A DNA stretch of 64,000 nt. It comes from Mobula hypostoma. Taxonomy: Eukaryota. The position numbers and the translations under genes were made by a program. A model generated the notes under the pieces. It had not been told where the DNA came from. It did not search any database and worked only from the letters and a program-made list of their open reading frames with translations. Shown piece after piece: positions 12,901 through 26,130 of this stretch. The first letter of the stretch is position 1; each line of letters opens with the position of its first letter. The stretch covers positions 29,080,001 through 29,144,000 of the forward strand of contig NC_086097.1 of NCBI RefSeq assembly GCF_963921235.1, given 5' to 3'.

Positions 12901-15900
12901 GTGTGTCTTGTGTGTATTACTCTCAAAAAGACATACAGGTCAGGGTTAGTAAGGAGTGGGCATGCTATGTTGGTGCCAGAAGCATGGTGACACTTGCAGG
13001 CTTCCCCTAGCACTTCCTGTGTTGACCATTGATGCAAACCACGCATTTCACTGTGTGTTTGGATGTACCAATGACAAATAAAATTTACCTAATCTAATCT
13101 CTGTATAGGACGACTGAATGGTTCCCAGTATGATAAAGTGGACTCTTTACCTCACAATCTACTTCATTATAACCTTGCACCTTATCATCTACCTGTACTG
13201 CACTTTCTCTGTAACACTTTATCTTGCATTCTGTTGCTGTTTTCCCTTGTCCTGCCGCAATGCACTGTTGGAATGAAATGATCTGTAGGGGCGGTGTGCA
13301 AGACAGGTTTTTCCACTGTACCTCGGTACGTGTGACAATAATAACGCAATTTACCGGCTTACATTGACCACTCTACCACTGGTTGTGTGTCAGTCTTTGT
13401 TTATCAAGTTCAAGTTTAATTGTCATTGAATACAGCCAAATGAAACAGCATCACTCCAAGGCTAAGGTGCAAAATACTGTACCGACAGTCATACACAGCA
13501 CAGGGCACATACAGTATAGCACATATAAGACAGAGTAAAATACAGTCACACAAAAACTATAGTCCAAATCCTTGAGTCCATGAATGTTGCAGCAGTCTAC
13601 AGTCAAACGCAGCACATCTTGTCTTCTGCTGAGCGAACACAGGAGGGCAGCACTGACTCCATCATGGACACTGCGCCACACTGCCTCCAGCAGCCCAGTG
13701 GAGCTTGCCGACTCCGACGCCTCTCCCCTGGGTGGCTGCAAGCGGGCGACACCACGGTCCGAGGCCTAATCCTCGCTACGACTGGGGTTACTCAGCTCGC
13801 CCTCCATTGTCACCTGCCGTTTGCCAGCAAAACAGTGAATCGGACTTTCAGCATTCCACATTACCAATGTCCCGCAGGGTCTTGCAATCACAAGGAAAGT
13901 GACTAAGACGATCACTCACTCTTAGACTGCACACTACCTTCACGCACCGATTCCTCTCTGTCGCAGGCAACAGCACGGTCTGCACCGAGTCCAGCTCCTT
14001 CAGATTCTCCACCAATGAGCAACTCAGTGATGGGGTGGATCCAGTACTTAATGTCCAGCAGGGTTATGTGATTGTGAAAAGACAGTAACACCTTTGATTA
14101 CAGTAGAAGCCACTGTACCCGAGCACACCACCATCATACTGGAAATTTTATGTATAGTTTTTCATAAATTCTATTGCATTTCTTTATTTTCCTGTAAATG
14201 CCTGCATAAAATGAATCTCAAGGTATTAGATGGTAACATACACGTACTTTGATAATAACTCGACCACAATACCCATGATCTCAGCATTCACCGGCCTTTG
14301 AGCCCCCTTCTCCAGCCTCTTTGTGACTTCCCCACTCTCTGACCCAACTTGTTCTTAAAGGCCCTGCTGTTAAAAGATGAAAACAGATTTTTTTTCTTGA
14401 AAAAAAAACATTTTCCCTTGGTGGTGGAAACCACATTAAAAGTTTACGAGGAGTAAACGCCCTGTATCTGAGCGGGACTCATTTCACTCTCGTTTCACCT
14501 CTTAAAGTATTTAGTGCTGTAAATCTGTAGGAGGCTGGTCAGGAGCCAAACCACCTCATCAATCAGCTTCCCATCAAAGGGCTGGAGGTAGCGAGAGAGT
14601 GAAGGCACAATTCTCGATAACCTGCTGTATTTCCATTCATCTAATAATGAGCGTTACTTCACTGACCTGTTTAACATACCACTTGCCACTTGCATAAACA
14701 TAAAGCACGTCCAAAGATAATTTAGCCAGCGGGCTTTGGGAATGTTCCAACGGCCGTGGAATTGAGTAGACGCTCTCACCTCCTCACACCACCACCGCTA
14801 CCACCTCCCACTCCCATTCCCAAGCTCATTTTACTCTCTTTCAGCTGGAGAACCTTCTTTGCCAAGTCGTCAAAGGATAAAAAGTTATGAATGTTTTATC
14901 TGGGATGGATTTTCATTCCATAGTCTATTTCAATGGTACCCAAACTCTCCTTTGCTCTGGAATTGTCTGCCCCCAATTTCAGGATGTCTTGCTTTTATTA
15001 TAGTAATTGGAAACTCCAAGCCTCTCACTCAGAAACAAAACTCATGAAAAAAGTCATTGGCTGCAGTCTACCAACGCCGCAGGACTTGTTTGTGTCCAGG
15101 ACAAAGAAGTGGGCAGGAAAAATCATTGCGGACACTACCCACCCTGCAAACTGCCTTTTCCAAAAGCTCCTTCTGGAAGGCGCTATAGGGCTATTAAAAC
15201 AAAAACCTCACACCATCATAAAAGTTTCTTCCTCCAGGTAGTTAATCTGATTGACCGTTCCAGTTAGCCCTACCCCGCCCCCTTCTATCTATCACCCCAG
15301 CCACTGCACTGCACTGTAAACAGCTTAAACCACTTTTTATAACGCTGTTTACATTGGAAATACACACTGGAATTTGTCTATTTATACATATTTTATTCTA
15401 TTTCTGTACTAACTTTATTTCTCTATAATTCTTTATTCTGTATAATTGTTGAATGTTGTTTTTGGTGCATGTTGCACCCTGACCAACGCACCAGAGCAAT
15501 TCCTAACACAATTAAAAAGTATATGGTGAATGGAATTGTTCCTGGATCCCGGATCATTGATTCTTCATCCCTGGTGTAACAAGGTACCAAATAACAGATG
15601 CAGTAGGAAGTGAATGAGTGTCTGTTTGATCACATTAGACAGGATTGGATTGGTTTATTTTTGTCAAATGGAACATATATAGAAAGCACAGTATAGGCCC
15701 TTCACCTCACGATATTGTGCCGACCTTTTAACCTACTCCAAGATCAATTTAACCTTTCAACCCTACACAGCCCATAATCCTCCACTCTTCTTACAGTTAA
15801 CTCATGTGCCCCTAACATATCTGTCTCTATCACCACCCCTGGTAGGGTGTTCCACACACTCACTAGCCTCTGTGTAAAAAAAAAGCTGCCTTTGACATCC

Positions 15901-16445
15901 CCCCTATACTTTCCTCCAATCACCTTAAAATTATGCCCTTTTGTATTAGCTATGTCTGGCCTGGGTAAGAGACACTGGCTGTCCACTCAGCCTATTCCTG
16001 ATATATTAGGCAGGGTCCACGAAGGGGAGGCTGGCTCCTGTGTAGTCACATGCAGAGCAGTTGTCATACCAAATTGTGATTCTTTCTATGGTGCATCAAT
16101 AAAAATTGGTGCGGGTCAAATGAGACATGCCAGATTTCTTTGGCCTTCTGAGGAGCTATTGGTGAACTTTCTTGACCACATAATAGTGCATGAGACTGTA
16201 TGTATGTATCTATCTGTGTCTCTACGCTAGATTGATGTGGAGATCAGAAGGGGGAGCTGGATACCTGCTCAGAAGATCGGGGATTTGAGGGCAGTGGGGA
16301 ACTGGTAAAGACGAGAAGTTAAGGTCAGCGTATATCAGAATGGTGGGGCGGAGTGGCCTTCTCCTGCTATTGTGTTCAGCTCACTGTTGTATGCGTTGCT
16401 CAGCTTGGGTTCCATTTACACTTTCGGGTGAGAAGCTTGGCCAAC

Positions 16446-16792
16446 TGGCACAGTGGCACAGTGGCACAGTGGTGCAGTGGCGCAGTGGCGCAGTGGCGCA
16501 GTGATGCAGTGGCGCAGTGGCGCAGTGGCACATTGGCGCAGTGGCACAGTGGCGCAGTGGTGCAGTGGCACAGTGGCGCAGTGGCGCAGTGGTGCAGTGG
16601 CACAGTGGTGCAGTGGGGCAGTGGCGCAGTGGAACAGTGGCACAGTGGTGCAGTGGTGCAGTGGGGCAGTGGCACAGTGGTGCAGTGGCACAGTGGCGCA
16701 GTGGCACAGTGGTGCAGTGGCGCAGTGGTGCAGCAGTGCAGTGGCACAGTGGTGCACTGGCACAGTGGCACAGTGGCGCAGTGGTGCAGTGG
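16446..16792 (+). repeat. (CAGTGGYR)n 8-mer minisatellite fused to a tRNA-SINE head
   Basis: About 350 bp of CAGTGGCA/CAGTGGCG/CAGTGGTG units running into GGTAGAGCCACTGCCTCAC...AGAGACCCGG. Confidence 0.9.
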
Positions 16793-19700
16793 GTAGAGCC
16801 ACTGCCTCACTCCTTTAGAGACCCGGAGTATTCCTTAAATCTTCTTCCTTTGTAAATAGAACACCAAACAGTTCGGCTCAGGAACAGGCCCTTCAGCCCA
16901 CAAAGTCTGTGCTGAACACAATGCTAAATTAAACTAACCCCTTTTGCCTGCACGGGATTCACATCAAGGATCAGCCACTTGGTTGGACCAGGACAGGCCA
17001 CTGGGGAAGCCTCTTGAAGACCACTATTGTACCTGCCTCCATCACCACCACCCTGGCAGCCTGTTGCTCACACCCACCACTGTCTGTGTACAAAACCTGC
17101 CCCGCATATCTCCCTTAAACTTTCTCCCTCTTGTCTTTAATCTATGCCCTCTTGTATTCAATATTTATACCCAGGGTGGTGGGGGGGGGCGGTGGGTGAC
17201 CAAACATCTGCTCTATCTACGCTTCTCATCATTCTCTAACCTTCTCCTCTCAGCCTCCGACGCTCCGGAGAAAACAACCCAAACTTGTCATGACTACCTC
17301 TGCCTCTACCTCCTTCTTGGGTAGAGGATCTCAGGAAATACTTTGGGAGCTAAAGATGATTATGATGGCCAAGTCATTGGGTGTACTTAAAGCAGAAGTT
17401 GATAGGTTCTTGATTGGTGAGGCTATCAAAGGTTACGAGGAAAAAGCAGGAGAGTGGGATAGAGAGGGATTATTATCAGCAACTCGATGGGCTGAATGGC
17501 CTAATTCTACTCCTATGTCTTATGGTCTTATGGTCTTATGGGGAAAAAAAAACTTTCTCAGAAGGCTCTAACCCTTACTCCTTTCCCAAATCCCATACCC
17601 GGCCCAACACAGAGTGTTGTCCTAGTAAGTTCTTACCTGTAGGCAGCACAGTGTAAACTCTGCCAAAAGTCTCCCACCCCCATCCTTGACTCCATCATTC
17701 CTTGGTTGTTAACAGAACAAGCCTCATTATCGCTAACGTGTTTGATGAATGTTCCATTTTTCCCAATCCTGTTGTTTTTGTTAGCAAATATATTTTCAGA
17801 CAAGTTGCAGTGAACCAGTAATATTCTGTAATCAGTGAAATATTCGGCAAATGCCAAGGAGAACATTTACTTTGGTCTCTCGGGTAATAGAGCATTTTGC
17901 AAAGCATTCAGCTAATGTTTACACTTTTGGTTTTCTATATATTTTTTCTGAATTGTTATGTGCTCAAGGCCATGCCAAGTTAGTCCACTGTAGAAATGAT
18001 TTTGTAAGAATCTGCTCCCTCCCAGAGGGTCCGATGTCGACTTTAGTTTCAACAAGTAAATATGGCCCTGACGGAGAAGGAGAGGGCAACATTTTCAAAG
18101 ATTGCTGGAGTCTGTGTGAGGACAGAGTGACAGAGTGACAGAGAGACATACACTCAGCGTTTTAGGAACAGCTTCTTCCTCTCCGCCATCAGATTTCTCA
18201 AAGGTCCATGAGCAGTGCCTCATTGATTTTGCTCTCTTTTTGCATGATTTATTTTTTAATGTAATCTATTGTAGTTTATAGGGTTTTTTTGTATAGCACT
18301 GTACAGCTGCCACAAAACAATAGATTCCATGGCATACCTCCTGTACCTAATAAAGAGGCCACTGAGTGTATGTTCATGGTCTTGCACACCACTGTTGTAA
18401 CGTGTGGCTATTTGAGTTATGCGCCTACCAGTCAGTTTGAAACAGTCTGGCCGTTCTCTTCTGACTTCTCCCATTAGCAAGGTGTTTTCACCCACAGACT
18501 GGATTTTTTTTTTTGTTTTTTGCACCATTCTCTGCATAAACTCTAGAGACTTGTGAAAATCCCAGGAGTTCAGCAGTCTCTAAAATACACAAATCATCTT
18601 GTCTGACACCGACGATTATTCCACGTTCAAAGTCACTTAGATCACATTTCTTCCCTATGCTGATGTCTGGTCTGAACAACAGCTGAACCTCTTGACCATG
18701 CCTGCATGCTTTTATGCACTGAGTAGCTGCTACAAGATTGGCTGATTAGATATTTGCATTGATGAACTGGCGTACAGGTGTACTGAATAAACTGGCCACT
18801 GAGTGTATGTCTGTGATTTCTGATTCTGATTATGAGAAAGCCCCTCGAATGTTTCGAGTTGACCAGAAAACCCAATGTAGATTGCATACAGTATAACAAA
18901 GAAAACGTTTAGCAATATTCTGGAGGAAGCCGGTGAGTTAAGCAGCATCTGTGTGTGAAAAAAGAAATGTTGATGTTTCCCTTTGAAACGTTGCATCAGG
19001 ACTGAGAGTGGAGAGGGAGGACCCAGTAACTCTCACCTGTTTTTGCAGATGCACCATTGATTTGTCTGACCTGGATGCATTACAGCTTAGTAATGCAACT
19101 GCTCTGCAGGTGACTGCAAAAAAAACTGCAGAGTTGTGGACACAGTTCAGCACTTTAAGAAAACTAGCCTCCCCTCCATGGACTCTGTCTGCTTCAGTAA
19201 AACGGCCAGCATGGTCAAAGACCCCACCCACCCCAGACATTCTCCCATCTCTGCGCCTCTCCCCCCCCCCACTGCATCAGGCAGAAGATTCGAGAGTCTG
19301 AGAGAGCATATCACCAGGCTGAAGGTCAGCTTCTACCTGCTGTTGTCAGACTCTTGACTTGTGTGATAAAATGGACCCTTGACTTCACAATCTACCTTGT
19401 TATGACCCTGCACCTTGTGGTCTGCCTACACTGCACTCTGTCTGTAACTGTAACACTTCATTCGGCACTCTAATACTGCTTTGCTTATGTATACTGTGGC
19501 TCGATGTTCTTACGTGTGCAATGATCTGTTTGAATGGCACACAAACAAAAGCTTTTCACTATATTGCGGAACATGTGACATTAATAAGCAAAATACCCAT
19601 TGCGAGGATAGCCGGTACGGAAGGACAAGGGGGAGGGTGAGACAGTGATTGAAAGGTGATTATATGCTGGCTGTCTCCCCTTCCACTCTCAGATCTGATG

Positions 19701-20574
19701 CAGGGTTTCATCAATTCCCATGCACTCACAGATGGTGTACAACCCACTCAGTCCCTCCAGCAGATTGTGTGCAACTCCAGATTCCATCCTCTCTTGCGTC
19801 CATGAACACAGAAAACAGGTAATTTGGCCCATCAAGTCTATGCTGGCTCTCAGAGCTATCCCATCAGCCCCATCCCCACTCATTTCTCTGTAACCGATTC
19901 TCTCTTACAAGCCCATTAATATCTGTTGATTCTATCCACCCGTGGTTGTCCATTTAACCCACCAGCCCGCACGTCTTTGGGACGTGGGTGGGACAGAATC
20001 AGAATCAGGTTTGTTATCACTGATATATGTTGTGTCTTGCAGCAGGAGTACAAAGCCACATATAAGAAGTTATTATTCACGTGAACATTGAATTTTCCAA
20101 TAATCGGTAACCTTCCCTCTCACGGGTGGTTTCCCCCTCCTTATGATTCTCCTCTGGTGCTACCATTTTCCACCCCTTTGCCTTAACCACCCCCCCTCCC
20201 AGCTCTCTGTCATCCGTCTGGCTTGATCCACCCACTTACAGACACAGTTCACCCTCAGTTCTCACAACACCCCTTCCCCTATCTGGTTCTAGTTCCATCT
20301 GTCATACAGCTCTCCTCAAATGGATCCCATTTTCACCTCCTGTACTTCACAGGGTCCGGCACTGGTGGCCTTTGGAATTCTTGTTGATCTCCCTCCCTGT
20401 GACTGCCTCCAACCTCCACACGCCCCTCCTCCCTCCTCGCTCCACCTGCCTCCCATTTCTCTCTCGTTGTCTGCACCATCAATCATCCAACTGCCACTCT
20501 CTTCCCACACTATCCGCTCCCCACCCCTATCTCGCTCAACGAGCCTGTCACCTTACACCCTCATTTCTATTTAT

Positions 20575-20705
20575 ATGTGTATCGCTCTCTCTGTCTATTT
20601 ATCTATTTATCTATCTCTCTATTTATCTCTGCCTCTCTCACTGTTTATCTGTCGATTTATCTACCTATCTTTCACTATCTATCTATCTATTTATTTATCT
20701 ATGCA
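20575..20705 (+). repeat. degenerate (TCTA)n microsatellite
   Basis: TATC/TCTA runs visible directly. Confidence 0.8.
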
Positions 20706-20959
20706 GGTATACTTATCATCAAAGATCCCCACCTTCCAGTCCATGCCATCTTCTCGCAGCTACCATCGGAGGGGTGATACAGAAGTCTTGAGACCCACAC
20801 TACCAGGTTCAAGAGCAGTTACTTCCCTTCAACCGTTCAGTTCTTGAACTAATGGGCACAACCCTGTTCACAGCAAGAGCACTTTGATGACTTTGCTCTA
20901 TAATGAACTTACTGTTTCGAAAAATATTCCAAATTCCAAAAAAGTTTTCTTTTGTTCTA

Positions 20960-21190
20960 GCAACACACATAAAAGTTGCTGGTGAACGCAGCAGGCCAGG
21001 CAGCATCTCTAGGAAGAGGTACAGTCGACGTTTCAGGCTGAGACCCTTCGAAGGGTCCTGACGAGGGGTCTCGGCCTGAAACATCGACTGTACCTCTTCC
21101 TAGAGATGCTGCCTGGCCTGCCGCATTCCACCAGCGATTTTTATGTGTGTTGCTTGAAATTCCAGCATCTGCAGATTTCCTCGTGTTTGC
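20960..21190. mobile_element. inverted (palindromic) pair of Penelope-like pseudo-LTR ends
   Basis: 20960-21050 is the near-perfect reverse complement of 21062-21153. Both arms match the 6327-6460 element end. Confidence 0.85.
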
Positions 21191-21879
21191 GTTTCTTTTG
21201 TTCTACTTGTGTTATTTCTTGTAAAAGGTGTGTGTAGTTTGTGTTTCTTGTGAACACTGCTTACCTGATGCCCTGTGTTGGTGTTGCTGTTGCAATAAGC
21301 CTTTGCATGCATGGACTCGTGTAGATGAGTACAAACTCGACTTTGACTCTCTCAGTCCAGAGGTCACCTTGGACAAATATCGACAGAGGTACCATGGGGA
21401 ACACTCCGACTGGTCGCATCACCGTCTGGAATGGAGGTGCCAAGGCACAGGATCGGAAGAAGCTACAGAAGGCCATAGACCCGGCCACTAGCCTCGCCAC
21501 CATCAAGGTGATCCTCAAAAAGCAATGCTTCAGGAATGTGACATCGATCATGATGTGCCTTTATCGTCCATTCTATGCCCTCTTCTCAGTACTACTTTCA
21601 GAGTGGAGGTGTAGGAACAGCTTCCCTCTCCTCCACCATCAGATTTCCGAATGGTTCATGATTGCATGAACACCACCTCACTTAATTTGCTTCCTTTTTG
21701 CACCATTTGTTTATTTTTCTATTTCTTATTGTAGCTAATAGTAATTTTTTATGTCTTGCATCTTCTGCTACCACAAACCAACAAATTTCACGACATACGT
21801 CAGTGATAATAGACCTGATTGTAATTCTGATTCGGAACCCCCTGTTCTGCTGGCTTTGTGACTGGGAGGGTGCCATACT

Positions 21880-22770
21880 TCCATCTGCTGACAACACCAC
21901 TATCTTTGGCTGAATCAAAGGTGGTGACAAGCCGGCATACTGGAGGGCGATTGAGAATCTGGCTGAATAGTGCCACAACAACCTCTCACTCGACATCAGC
22001 GAAACCAAAGAGGTGATTATCGAAGAAACCAGGGGCCCACGAGCCAGTGCTCATTTGGGATCGGAGGTGGAGAGGGTCAGGAACTTTAGATTACTGGGCA
22101 ATATCATATCAGAGAATCTGCCCAGGGACTAGCACGTAAATGCCATTATGAAGAAAGCACGGCCGCACCTCTACTTTCTTAGCAGTTTGCGCAGATTCAG
22201 TATATCGTATAAAACTTTGACAAACTTCTGTAGATTCACAGTGGAGGGAATTCTGATTGGTTGCGTCTTGGCCTTGAATGTAAACACCAATACCCAAGAA
22301 TGGAAAAGACTGCAAAAATTAATGGATACAGCCCAGTCAATCACAGGAAAAGACCTGCCGACCATTGAATATGTCTGCAAGGAGCACTGCCACAAGAAAG
22401 CAGCATCTATCGTCACGGACCCCCGTCATCCAGGCCACGCTCTCTTCTCACTGCTGGCATCAGAAGGAGGTACAGTTCTGAACCAGCGTGGATAGCTTCA
22501 CTCACCTCAACACTGAACTGATTCTCCAACCTATGGGCTCACTTTCACGGACTCTACAACTCATGGTCTCGGTATTAGTTATTCATTTATTATCATTACA
22601 ATTATTTGCTTTTTTTTGTAGTTGCACAGTCTGTCTTTTTTGCACATTGATTGTCAGTCTTTGTGTGCAGTTTTTTCATTGATTTTATTGTAATTCTTTC
22701 TTCTACTGTGAATGCTGACAAGAAAGTGAATCTCAGGTGAGTATGCGGTGACAAATATGTAGTTTGAACC
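21880..22770 (+). mobile_element. Rex1/Babar-type LINE 3' fragment
   Basis: MKKARPHLYFLSSLRRF...LTNFCRFTVEGILIGC...KKAASIVTDPRHPGHALFSLL. Confidence 0.75.
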
Positions 22771-23099
22771 TTGATTCAGACCCCTGTCTCACCATTTCTC
22801 CTTATACTGACCACCTCCAGTATATGGAAGGAAGAGTCGAGAGCCAGGGCATTGACATGGGACGTCAACAGTTCCTTTTCCCCCAACAGACACTGCTCCA
22901 GCCACAGAGACCCTCCAACAGATTGTGTGTTGCTCGAGATTCCAGCGTCTGCAGTCACTGGTGTCTCTGGTGTTGGTTGTCTTGCTGGCCTCCTGTGCCG
23001 AAGTACATGCCATTTCTGCTAAATTGGCATGTCACTGACCACGGAGCTAACTACGACAAATCAGAGGTAGGTCACACCCAAGTAACATCTCAGCACAGT

Positions 23100-23105
23100 T
23101 TTATT
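23100..23105 (-). terminator. polyadenylation signal of the gsc-family transcript
   Basis: AATAAA on the minus strand about 150 nt after the stop codon, at the end of a short non-repetitive 3' UTR. Confidence 0.65.
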
Positions 23106-23160
23106 ACTTAAAAAATAGTCACACATACGTGCACGCACACACACCTATATAGAATATGTA

Positions 23161-23168
23161 TATGTACA
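23161..23168 (-). promoter_or_regulatory. Pumilio/PUF response element in the 3' UTR
   Basis: Minus strand TGTACATA matches the UGUAHAUA consensus and lies between the stop codon and AATAAA. Confidence 0.4.
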
Positions 23169-23254
23169 GAATTTACAGCAACATGGGTCCACTGAATGGA
23201 CAATGTACAAGGCAGCAGCCGTAAGGTGTTGAGTGTTTCCGGTCACCTTGATTG

Positions 23255-23422
23255 TCAGCTGTCTGAGTCCAGCTCACTCTCTGGGGCTGCAGCTCTCTCT
23301 TCCCTTAAGGTCTTCCCAGCCGGGCTGGGTTTCAAGTTTTTGATCCATTTCTGGGAGTCTGATTCCTCTGAGGACGACCTCTTCTGCCTCCTCCATTTAG
23401 CTCGACGGTTTTTAAACCAGAC
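23255..23422 (-). CDS. gsc: goosecoid-family homeobox gene, exon 3 (K50 recognition helix and C-terminus)
   Basis: Not in the ORF track; read manually. Acceptor CTTCTCCCCCACCCAG| is followed by VWFKNRRAKWRRQKRSSSEESDSQKWIKNLKPSPAGKTLREERAAAPESELDSDS* (TGA 23257-23255). K50 and the terminal LDSDS are goosecoid hallmarks. Total CDS 349+260+168=777 nt, 258 aa. Confidence 0.96.
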   Translation of the reverse strand, partial: VWFKNRRAKWRRQKRSSSEESDSQKWIKNLKPSPAGKTLREERAAAPESELDSDS

Positions 23423-23438
23423 CTGGGTGGGGGAGAAG

Positions 23439-23443
<5 letters not shown>

Positions 23444-23474
<31 letters not shown>
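23444..23474 (+). repeat. (GA)n microsatellite abutting the intron-2 acceptor
   Basis: About 15 GA units; reads (CT)n on the gene strand. Confidence 0.9.
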
Positions 23475-23477
<3 letters not shown>

Positions 23478-25834
23478 AGGCCATTCAGCCCATCAAATCC
23501 ACTCTGTCATTCGATCATGGCTGATTTATTATCCTTCTCAACCCCATTCATTTTATACAATAGTTTGTTGTGTACCTGAGCCCTTTACAGTTCCTAAGTT
23601 CTCATCTGGGATCATAAGATGATGAGACAGAGGAGCAAAATTAGGCCATTAGGCTTATCAAATCTAGTTCACCATTCCACCATGGCTGATTTCTTATCCC
23701 TCTCAACCCCATTCTCTTGCCTTCTCCCCGTAACCTTTAACACTCCTACTAAACAAGATCTATCAACCCCCACTTTCAATATACCCTACGACTTGGCGTC
23801 TCTGGCAATGAATTCCACAGATTCACCAACCTCTAAAGAATTTCCTCATCTCCATTCCATAGGGACGTCCTTTCATTCTGAGGCTGTGCTCTCTGACGCT
23901 AGACTCTCTCACCACCAGAAAAACCTCTCCATGTCTGCTTGTCACCATGCTTCCAGCGCCAACATAGCATTCCAATGCCCACAGCCTACTGGCACCTCAG
24001 TAACTTTGCTCTGTTTTTGCACTGCTTATTTTGTTTCATTTATATACACCTGTAAATATATTTCTTATTGTAATTAATAGTATAGTCTTATGTTTTGCAC
24101 TGAATTGGTGCCTCAGAACAACAAATTTCACAACTTATATCAGTGATTATAAAGTTAATTCCGATTCTGATTACTAACCCTAACTCGTTTGTCTTTGGAA
24201 GGTGGAAGGGAATTGAAGGGCCTATGTTCCATGTTCTTCAGTCTCTCGTGTGTCACATTTGTGCTTATTCCTTCCCAGAATCACTGAGATTTAAACAACT
24301 TTATCCTGTACTATCCCTAAAGCCACTTCAAAAGCCCTGGATGCATTACAGGGATTGAGGGAAAAATATTACAGCCTGGTACAGGCCTTTCAGCTCATCG
24401 TGATGTGCCGACCGCTAAAAAAACCTATTCCGTGACCACTCTAACCCTACCCACCCACACAGCTCTCCATATTTCTATCATCCATGAGCCTATCTAAGTG
24501 TCTCCAGAATGTCCCTAATGTATCAGCTTCTACCAACACCCCTGGTAGCAGGGCCCACACTCTCACCACTCTCTGATGTGAAAAAAACCTATCTGACATC
24601 CCCCGCCTATATTTTCTTCCAATCACCTTAAAATTATGCTCCATCGTATCTGCCCTGGGAAAAAAGTCTCTGTGTGTCCACTCCATCTATGCCTCTTATC
24701 ATCGTATACACCTCCAGAATAGGAATCCAAATCGGGTTTACTGACGTGTGTTTCTGGCAGCTGTACAGTGCATAATACTGTATACATTATACATTTTAAT
24801 AAGAAATATATTTTTAAAAATTAAGTAAAAAGAGAACAAGAAAACACCTCTTTCCTCCGATCACCTTAAAGTTATGGCCCTCAGAGGTTGCAGTTTTGCT
24901 ACACGACGCCGTGTAGACTGATGGGTTAAATGGCCGTTGTAAAATTGCCCCTAGTGTGTAACTGAGTAAGTAGCATCAGTCTTTCTGCTTCATATAAGAC
25001 AGTGATAATAAACCTGATTCTGATTTTGTGGAGGAAGCGGGGAAAATACAATGAGATCAGTGTACACGGGTGATGGATGTCTAGTGTAGGTTGAACAATT
25101 AATTGTATGACTATGAGATATAAAACGTTGCCTTAAAAGGCATTGGTCAGGCCACATTTGAGTATTGTAAGCCATTTTGGTCCCCTTTTCTAAGAAAAGA
25201 TTTTCCGACATTGGAGAGAGCCCTGAAGTGTTTCATAACAATGATCTGGGAATGAAAGGGTTAACCTATGAGGAATGTCTGATAGCTCTGGGCCGCACTC
25301 ACCGGAATTCAGTAAAAGAACGGGGTTCTTTCTGAAACTCATTGAATATTGAAGGCCCTATTGAGAGGATATTTCCAATTGAGGGGGAGTCTAGGACCAA
25401 AGGACTGAGGCTCAGAATAGAATTAGAAAAGAGCTGAGGAGGAATTTCTTCAGCTGGAGGGTGGAGAATCTGCAGACGACTGTAGAGGCCAAGTCATTGG
25501 GTATATTTAAAGTGGAGGTTTGATAGCTTTTTGATTAGGAAGAAACTCAAAGGTTATGGAGAGAAGGCAAGAGAATGGGGTTGAGAGGGTCTGAATGGCC
25601 TAATTCCACACGTGTGTCATTGTGTTATGGAGTAAGAACTTGCATTCACTTAGTGTTCTTACATCACGGAGTATTTTACAGCTAATTGTTCTGTAGACAC
25701 CAGTGTGATGGGGGAAATATAAAACTGGATTTACACAGAGCAATGTCCCCCTAACAAATATAACCTGTTCATCAGTAATATTGAGTGAGGGAGCTACAGT
25801 ACCCTGAAAAAATATTCAGCCCCCAAAACTAATT

Positions 25835-26130
25835 TCCCTCCCCCTCCCACTTTCAGATCTCTCTTCTCCAGCCTCATATCCCTTTTGCCAATCACCTGTC
25901 CAGCTCTTGGCTCCATCCCTCCCCCTCCTGTCTTCTGCTATCATTTTGGATCTCCCCCTCCCCCTCCCACTTTCAAATCTCTTACTAGCTCTTCCTTCAG
26001 TTAGTCCTGACGAAGGGTCTCGACCCGAAACGTCGACTGTACCTCTTCCTATAGATGCTGCCTGGCCCGCTGCGTTCACCAGCATTTTTTATGTGTGTTG
26101 CTTGAACTTCCAGTATCTGCAGATTTCCTT
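25835..26130 (+). mobile_element. Penelope-like pseudo-LTR fragment nested in the Tc1 element
   Basis: Reverse-complement match to 6330-6600. It lies just inside the left Tc1 TIR. Confidence 0.8.
26003..26038 (+). ncRNA. minimal type I hammerhead ribozyme motif (PLE-associated)
   Basis: AGTC-CTGACGA-A-GGGT(CTCG)ACCC-GAAA-CG-TC-GACT: stem I AGTC/GACT, catalytic CUGANGA and GAAA, 4-bp stem II, self-complementary ACGT in place of stem III. Predicted cleavage after C26034. Confidence 0.75.

Noticed and set aside
16446..16792. Possible CRISPR-like array
   Set aside because: Contiguous short units with no unique spacers, in vertebrate DNA.
16353..16855. Long ORFs in all six frames (QWCSG/HCATAPL repeats)
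   Set aside because: Artefact of a stop-free 8-bp minisatellite; no coding evidence.
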